Shown here piece by piece: positions 16,460-20,596 of a stretch of DNA of 20,596 nt. The stretch comes from Armatimonadota bacterium. Lineage in GTDB: Bacteria; Armatimonadota; UBA10988. Under the pieces are notes generated by a model, which made no database searches, was not told the origin of the DNA, and saw only the letters and a program-made list of their open reading frames with translations. Position numbers and translations under genes: made by a program. The first letter of the stretch is position 1. Each line of letters opens with the position of its first letter. Location of the stretch: positions 1-20,596 of the forward strand of contig JACRKZ010000112.1 in the NCBI GenBank assembly GCA_016235455.1. Direction: 5' to 3'.

Positions 16460-16738
16460 ATGGAAAGCGCGGTTACCGGTGTCACCCTGCCTCTCGGCGT
16501 GCGCGTGCTGCTCTGGCTCATCGGCGTGCTGTTCGCACTGCTGCCGCTGTTCGCCGGACTCTGCTTCCGGCAGGTGCTCCGTTGCCGCGACCGTGGCGAC
16601 GAGCCCCTGGCCCGCTCCTGGGCCGATGCCACCCGCAGCTTCGTGGGCATGACGCTGGCCAGTTGGTGCCTGACCGGCGTCGGCATGTGGTGCATTCGCG
16701 CCGCGCTTGCCTACCTCGATTCCTTCCGCCGCGGCTGA
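16460..16738 (+). CDS. Small two-TM membrane protein, hypothetical (92 aa)
   Basis: Fills the gap; two hydrophobic segments (VLLWLIGVLFALLPLFAGLCF; FVGMTLASWCLTGVGMWCI); GC3-rich codons; well-placed -10 box. Confidence 0.65.
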   Translation: MESAVTGVTLPLGVRVLLWLIGVLFALLPLFAGLCFRQVLRCRDRGDEPLARSWADATRSFVGMTLASWCLTGVGMWCIRAALAYLDSFRRG

Positions 16739-16954
16739 TGCAGCCGGCGCGGCTGAGGCAGCCCGGTTCGATCCAGGATTTCGCTCCGCCTCAACATGAA
16801 CTCAACCCCAGACCGTGTCGTTCTTGACATCGGTGCTGCTAAGATCCCGTTGGTCGGGTTTCCGCCCGCGCTATGGTGCCGTGTCGGCCAGGGGGCCGCG
16901 CACCGACTCGGGACCAAAACCCTTGTGTTGCGGTTGAGCCGTGTGGAGCGACCG

Positions 16955-17329
16955 ATGAAGGTCCTCATCGCTGATGACGACATCATGATCCGCTATGCCC
17001 TGGCGGCCGTACTGGCTGAGCGTGGACACGAAACCGCCGAGGCCAAGGATGGCGGCGAGGTCATCGAGTGCCTCGCCGCACACCCGCCACAGGTGGTCGT
17101 GCTCGACCTGATGATGCCCAAGGTGACCGGCTTCGATGTGCTGCGCTGGATGCGCGACAACGACCCGGAGGTGCGCACTCTGGTCATCATCCTCAGCGCG
17201 TTCTCGGCCGAGTCCGGCGGCTTCGGTGACTACCCGCATGTCATCGACGTCCTGGAGAAGCCGGTCATCCTGGACCGCTTCTTCGACGCCCTGGATCGCT
17301 GTCACCGCGCCGCCAGCCTCGCCGCCTAG
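16955..17329 (+). CDS. Stand-alone response regulator receiver (CheY-like, 124 aa)
   Basis: RBS GGAG 16945-16948; KVLIADDD, VVVLDLMMPKVTGFDVL (phospho-acceptor Asp), IILSA, LEKP; no output domain. Confidence 0.92.
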   Translation: MKVLIADDDIMIRYALAAVLAERGHETAEAKDGGEVIECLAAHPPQVVVLDLMMPKVTGFDVLRWMRDNDPEVRTLVIILSAFSAESGGFGDYPHVIDVLEKPVILDRFFDALDRCHRAASLAA

Positions 17330-17347
17330 CCGCGGCCGCCGGCCAGC

Positions 17348-18574
17348 TCACAGATCCCAGTTCGGCCTCGGCGTCGGCAGCCGTAGCGCGCCGTCGAGCC
17401 GCTCCAGCAGTTCGCGCGGTCCGCTCAGCCGGTCGGTCACCGCCAGCCCCGAGGCTGGCCGCACACCCAACCACAGACGCGTGAAGGCGTTGATGGTCGC
17501 CTCCAGCGTCGGCAGGGAGGCATCGAAGCCGACCTCGGCACCGGACTCGTCACCGACCGTCACGACATAGTCGCCACCAGCACCGCGCCAGGGCATGTCC
17601 GGGGGCAGATGGTCCACCACCGGGTCGGTCAGCCGCGCGTTGAACCGCAGGCGCTCCCCGACACCGCGACACGCGGCCACGCAGGTCGGCACGTCGTTCA
17701 TGCGCATCTGCCACCAGACGTTAGCATCGTAGCCAGTCTCGAACTCGCCCTTCTCGCGCACCCGTTCCGCGCGCGCCGGTGTGCGCAGCAGGTCCTGGAT
17801 CTGGATCTCCGCTGGCTCGACCATGCCCACCGCGTGGATCTGGTCTCCCAGGCTGCGCAGGAAGGCCAGCATCTCGAGCAGTTGCTCCGGTTCGCTCCAG
17901 GCCATCATGTGGATGTGCAGCGGGCCGTGGTAGCGCTCCTTGAACCGCCCCCAGAAGAAGTGGGTGAGGGTGTTGCCGTCGAACCAGCCGTAGCCCGCAT
18001 GGTCCTTCTGGGCGAAGGCGCCGCAAGTCGTCGGCTCCGCGGCGGTCACCGTCACGGCACCGTGCCCGCGCCGGCGCGCCACCCGCGCCGCGTGGGCCTG
18101 CTCGCCGTGCTCCTTGGTCAGCCGCTTGGGCGCTCGGAAGGCGCGGCCCACGGTGAGTGTGGCCGGATCGAACTGGGCCCAGATGTCGAACCCACCAGCG
18201 CCGAAGCCGAGCCGATCGTAGAAGCCCTGGTCGAACATGCCCAGGCACTGCACGGCCGCCCCGGCCAGCGCATCCTCGGCCACCAGCCGTGCCACAAGCT
18301 GTGTGGCCATGCCGCCCTGGCGAGCCAGGTGGCTGGTTGTGACCGCACAGACCGAGCACAGCGGCAGATCGCGGTCAAGATAGCGCAGCGTGCCCGGCGC
18401 CGACTGCACGAGGCACTCGGCCTGGCCGTCGAGTTCGCCGACCAGCGAGCGGTTAGCCGCTACGCCGCGGTCGAAGCTGTCGAAGTCGTCGTCGTCCTTC
18501 AGCCAGCCGATCTCCTGCCAGATGCGGCGGGTCGACTCGCGGTCGGTCTCAGCGTTATAGGGTCTCAGCACCAT
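17348..18574 (-). CDS. Eis-like GNAT acetyltransferase with C-terminal SCP2-like domain (408 aa)
   Basis: VCAVTT...ARQGGMATQLV acetyl-CoA motif; FYDRLGF; C-terminal ATINAFTRLWLGVRPASGL...L; SD GGGGGA before ATG 18574. Confidence 0.85.
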   Translation of the reverse strand: MVLRPYNAETDRESTRRIWQEIGWLKDDDDFDSFDRGVAANRSLVGELDGQAECLVQSAPGTLRYLDRDLPLCSVCAVTTSHLARQGGMATQLVARLVAEDALAGAAVQCLGMFDQGFYDRLGFGAGGFDIWAQFDPATLTVGRAFRAPKRLTKEHGEQAHAARVARRRGHGAVTVTAAEPTTCGAFAQKDHAGYGWFDGNTLTHFFWGRFKERYHGPLHIHMMAWSEPEQLLEMLAFLRSLGDQIHAVGMVEPAEIQIQDLLRTPARAERVREKGEFETGYDANVWWQMRMNDVPTCVAACRGVGERLRFNARLTDPVVDHLPPDMPWRGAGGDYVVTVGDESGAEVGFDASLPTLEATINAFTRLWLGVRPASGLAVTDRLSGPRELLERLDGALRLPTPRPNWDL

Positions 18575-18654
18575 TCCGTCATCCCCCGGCGACCGCACAC
18601 GTCGCGGTCACCTGCCCGCTGTGTCGCCGGGCGGTGCGGCGGTGCTAAGCAGCG

Positions 18655-19221
18655 CTACAAGATGGACTGCATCGAGCGCTTGGTGTCGACTCCCTTGTCG
18701 CCGTTGAGCAGTGACCAGGTCGTCTCCACCGCGACGCGGCCGAGTTCCTTGGCCTGGGCCTCGCTCAGTGTGTCGAGCGCCGTGCCGCCCGCGAGGTGCG
18801 CGGCGACCTTGCCATTGGCCTCGCCGCCGAGCACGATCACGGGCACTTTGCCATCGCCCGCGGCCTTGGCCGCATCGCCCGACACGCCGACCAGTACGAT
18901 GGCGCTGACCTTCTGGTCCATCAGCGCCTTGGCGTCGGCGCCGACCTTCAGGTCCGCACCATTGGCCGGAGCGACTTGCCGCATGCCTGCCTCGACCGTC
19001 TTGGCCACGGCGCCCTGACCCAGCACCACGCCCATGGTGCAGGTCGCGCCCATGGTCGCGCCACCGGTGTCGCTGCTGGGCTCAGCCGGCGCCGCGGCCT
19101 GTGTGGGCGGCTTGTCCGGCGTGGTCGCGGCGGGCGGTGCATCCTGCTTGCAGGCAGGCAGCAGCACCGCCAACGAGAGGGCCAGCAGTCCGGTCAGCAT
19201 CGTAGCAAGTCGTGTCTTCAT
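18655..19221 (-). CDS. Lipoprotein with a single-lobe, RbsB-like type I periplasmic-binding-protein domain (188 aa)
   Basis: MKTR + hydrophobic stretch + lipobox LPA-C; Pro/Ala/Thr linker; then MGVVL...GMRQVA, LMDQKVSAIVL, KVPVIVL, VAAHLA and QAKELGRVAVE..LLNG. SD AGAGG. Confidence 0.8.
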   Translation of the reverse strand: MKTRLATMLTGLLALSLAVLLPACKQDAPPAATTPDKPPTQAAAPAEPSSDTGGATMGATCTMGVVLGQGAVAKTVEAGMRQVAPANGADLKVGADAKALMDQKVSAIVLVGVSGDAAKAAGDGKVPVIVLGGEANGKVAAHLAGGTALDTLSEAQAKELGRVAVETTWSLLNGDKGVDTKRSMQSIL

Positions 19222-19239
19222 GGCACTACCTCTGTGGTG

Positions 19240-19268
19240 TCTATAGTCCATACCGAGAGCGATGTCAA
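19240..19268 (-). promoter_or_regulatory. Putative sigma70 promoter of the lipoprotein gene
   Basis: Minus-strand TTGACA (19268-19263), 17 nt, TATAGA (19245-19240); the -10 lacks the final T. Confidence 0.5.
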
Positions 19269-19308
19269 ACAGGACGTAGGCGGCAGGTGCGCACGGCCTA
19301 CGGCCCTG
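19266..19308 (-). terminator. Probable intrinsic terminator of the GH4 gene
   Basis: CGTAGGC (19275-19281) / GCCTACG (19296-19302) stem, imperfectly extendable, overlapping the stop codon and followed on the minus strand by TGTTT. Confidence 0.45.
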
Positions 19309-20569
19309 AGCGTTGGTCCCACGCCGCCAGCAGTTCGTCGCACAGCGATTCCGCCTGGGCCAGTGACGAGCAGCAGCCGTCGAGCACGAGCGCCTGGACG
19401 ACCAGGTCGCGCTCGCCGCTGAGTGCGGCGTCGACGACCACCTCGGCCCACTGGAACCGTGTGGCCAGCGTGCCCAGCAGGCCGGGCGAGAGCGGCGGCA
19501 TGGCAACCGGCCGCAGCGTGCCGCCGGTAGCCACGGCCGGGCTCTCGACCACCACGCCGTCGGGTAGACCGGGCACCTGGCCGGTGTTGGGCAGGTTGGC
19601 CGAGTAGATCGCGCCGTCATCGGCACGGATGCTGCCGATAATGGCCATGACCTGCTCGTGCTCGCCCCCCGACGGGTCGACGTTGACCGGCTCCTCGCCG
19701 CGCGCCACGGCGCCCATCCGGGCGAACTGCGCGTCGCCGCCGGCGATGGTGCCCTCGAAGCTGAAGGCATCGTGCCCGAGGCGCTGCTCGCCATAGGTGC
19801 CGTCGCGGTAGAACTGCGGGAAGAACTCGACGATGTGCCGGTCGAGCACCGCCGGGAACGCGCCGAACAATCGCAGGAGCTGCCAGGCGAACGGGTTGTC
19901 GTCGCGCTCCTCGGCCAGTTTGCGGAGCCGCGGTAGCTGGTCGTGGCCGTCCACGGTGATGCGAGTGAACCAGGTCAGGTGGTTGATGCCGACGGCCTCA
20001 TAGCGCAGGTCAGCCTGCGGCACGCCCAGCGCGTCAGCCAGGTAGTGCGCCACATGGTTCACGCCGTGGCACAAGCCGATGACCGGCGCGCCGGTGGCCT
20101 TGACGATGGCGCGGCAGCACACCGCCATCGGGTTGGAGTAGTTGAAGAACAGGGCCTCGGGCGCCAGGTCCAGCACGTCGCGCGCGATGGCCACCAGCGC
20201 CGGCACCATGCGCAGCCCACGGCTCGTGCCGCCGGGACCGACGGTGTCGCCCACCGGCTGGTGGATGCCGTGCCGGCGCGGGATGAAGACGTCGTGCTCC
20301 CAGGCCCGGCGCCCACCGACGCCGACGGTCATGATGATCGCCGTGGCGCCCGGCAGCAACTTACGCCGGTCGGTGTCGGCCCGCAGCGTGATCGGCGCGC
20401 CGCTGGCGGCGATCATCGCCGCGCAGACGCCGCGCGCGACCTCCAGCGCCGCCGGATCGATGTCGACCAGGCGCAGTTCCGCCTGCCACCCGGTGCGGAT
20501 CAGGTCGGCTGTCAGCCCGTGCGTGAACGAGGCGCTGCCGGCGCCGATCAGAACGATGGCTTCGGTCAT
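19298..20569 (-). CDS. GH4 NAD+/Mn2+-dependent glycosidase, alpha-galactosidase (MelA)-like, cytoplasmic (423 aa)
   Basis: IVLIGAGS..F Rossmann motif; [12 protein letters not shown]; NYSNP; IGLCHG (metal Cys); GINHLTW; [18 protein letters not shown]. Confidence 0.93.
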   Translation of the reverse strand: MTEAIVLIGAGSASFTHGLTADLIRTGWQAELRLVDIDPAALEVARGVCAAMIAASGAPITLRADTDRRKLLPGATAIIMTVGVGGRRAWEHDVFIPRRHGIHQPVGDTVGPGGTSRGLRMVPALVAIARDVLDLAPEALFFNYSNPMAVCCRAIVKATGAPVIGLCHGVNHVAHYLADALGVPQADLRYEAVGINHLTWFTRITVDGHDQLPRLRKLAEERDDNPFAWQLLRLFGAFPAVLDRHIVEFFPQFYRDGTYGEQRLGHDAFSFEGTIAGGDAQFARMGAVARGEEPVNVDPSGGEHEQVMAIIGSIRADDGAIYSANLPNTGQVPGLPDGVVVESPAVATGGTLRPVAMPPLSPGLLGTLATRFQWAEVVVDAALSGERDLVVQALVLDGCCSSLAQAESLCDELLAAWDQRSGP

Positions 20570-20596
20570 GGCGCGGTGATCTCCAGGCCTTCCACG
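20566..20596 (-). CDS. Possible 3' end of an upstream gene coupled to GH4
   Basis: Minus-strand frame ...[12 protein letters not shown] overlaps the GH4 ATG (ATGA); only 9 codons are visible. Confidence 0.4.
   Translation of the reverse strand, partial: VEGLEITAP

Noticed and set aside
16762-16778. GGTTCGATCC, resembling a tRNA T-loop or att site
   Set aside because: The T-stem has mismatches, no cloverleaf or CCA end can be built, and there is no integrase nearby.
16824-16845. TTGACA paired with TAAGAT as one promoter
   Set aside because: The spacer is only 10 nt; the -10 can only work as an extended -10 or with another -35.
16880-16950. Possible c-di-GMP-I riboswitch upstream of the receiver gene (GTCGG...CCGAC stem, GGGACCAAAACCC)
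   Set aside because: The GCAAA..GNRA first hairpin and the second-stem consensus are missing; an Rfam scan would be decisive.
19222-19794. 379-aa version of the lipoprotein ORF
   Set aside because: The extension is an alternative frame of the GH4 gene; the SD, promoter and lipoprotein signal point to ATG 19221.
1-20596. CRISPR array, transposase/integrase, prophage or defence genes
   Set aside because: No regularly spaced repeat-spacer series, no recombinase or nuclease motifs, and no evident compositional shift by eye.

Overview
High-GC bacterial chromosomal window, densely coding, with no mobile element, CRISPR array or RNA gene that I can support. Plus strand: the C-terminal end of a probable DUF4838-type protein, a secreted 7-repeat RCC1/BLIP-II propeller, a REP-doublet-like inverted repeat, a MarR regulator with a DUF4405-like membrane protein, and a tightly packed run of a NodS-like methyltransferase, GH3, a Tat-exported sulfatase, GH29, a metallophosphoesterase and a fungal-type GH71. 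Then come a convergent ~904-aa secreted PL8-like toroid protein, a MATE transporter, a divergent small membrane protein, a stand-alone receiver domain, an Eis-like GNAT, a lipoprotein and a GH4. The most unusual signals are protein architectures. The GH3 carries an inserted CBM6/35-like module that appears circularly permuted. The 904-aa protein carries an inserted class-I GATase-like domain that also appears circularly permuted. The lipoprotein looks like a sugar-binding protein reduced to one lobe. The GH29 lacks the conserved HWG motif. Three promoters appear leaderless, with a -10 box exactly 6 nt before the ATG. All family calls come from motif recognition by eye, not from database searches.
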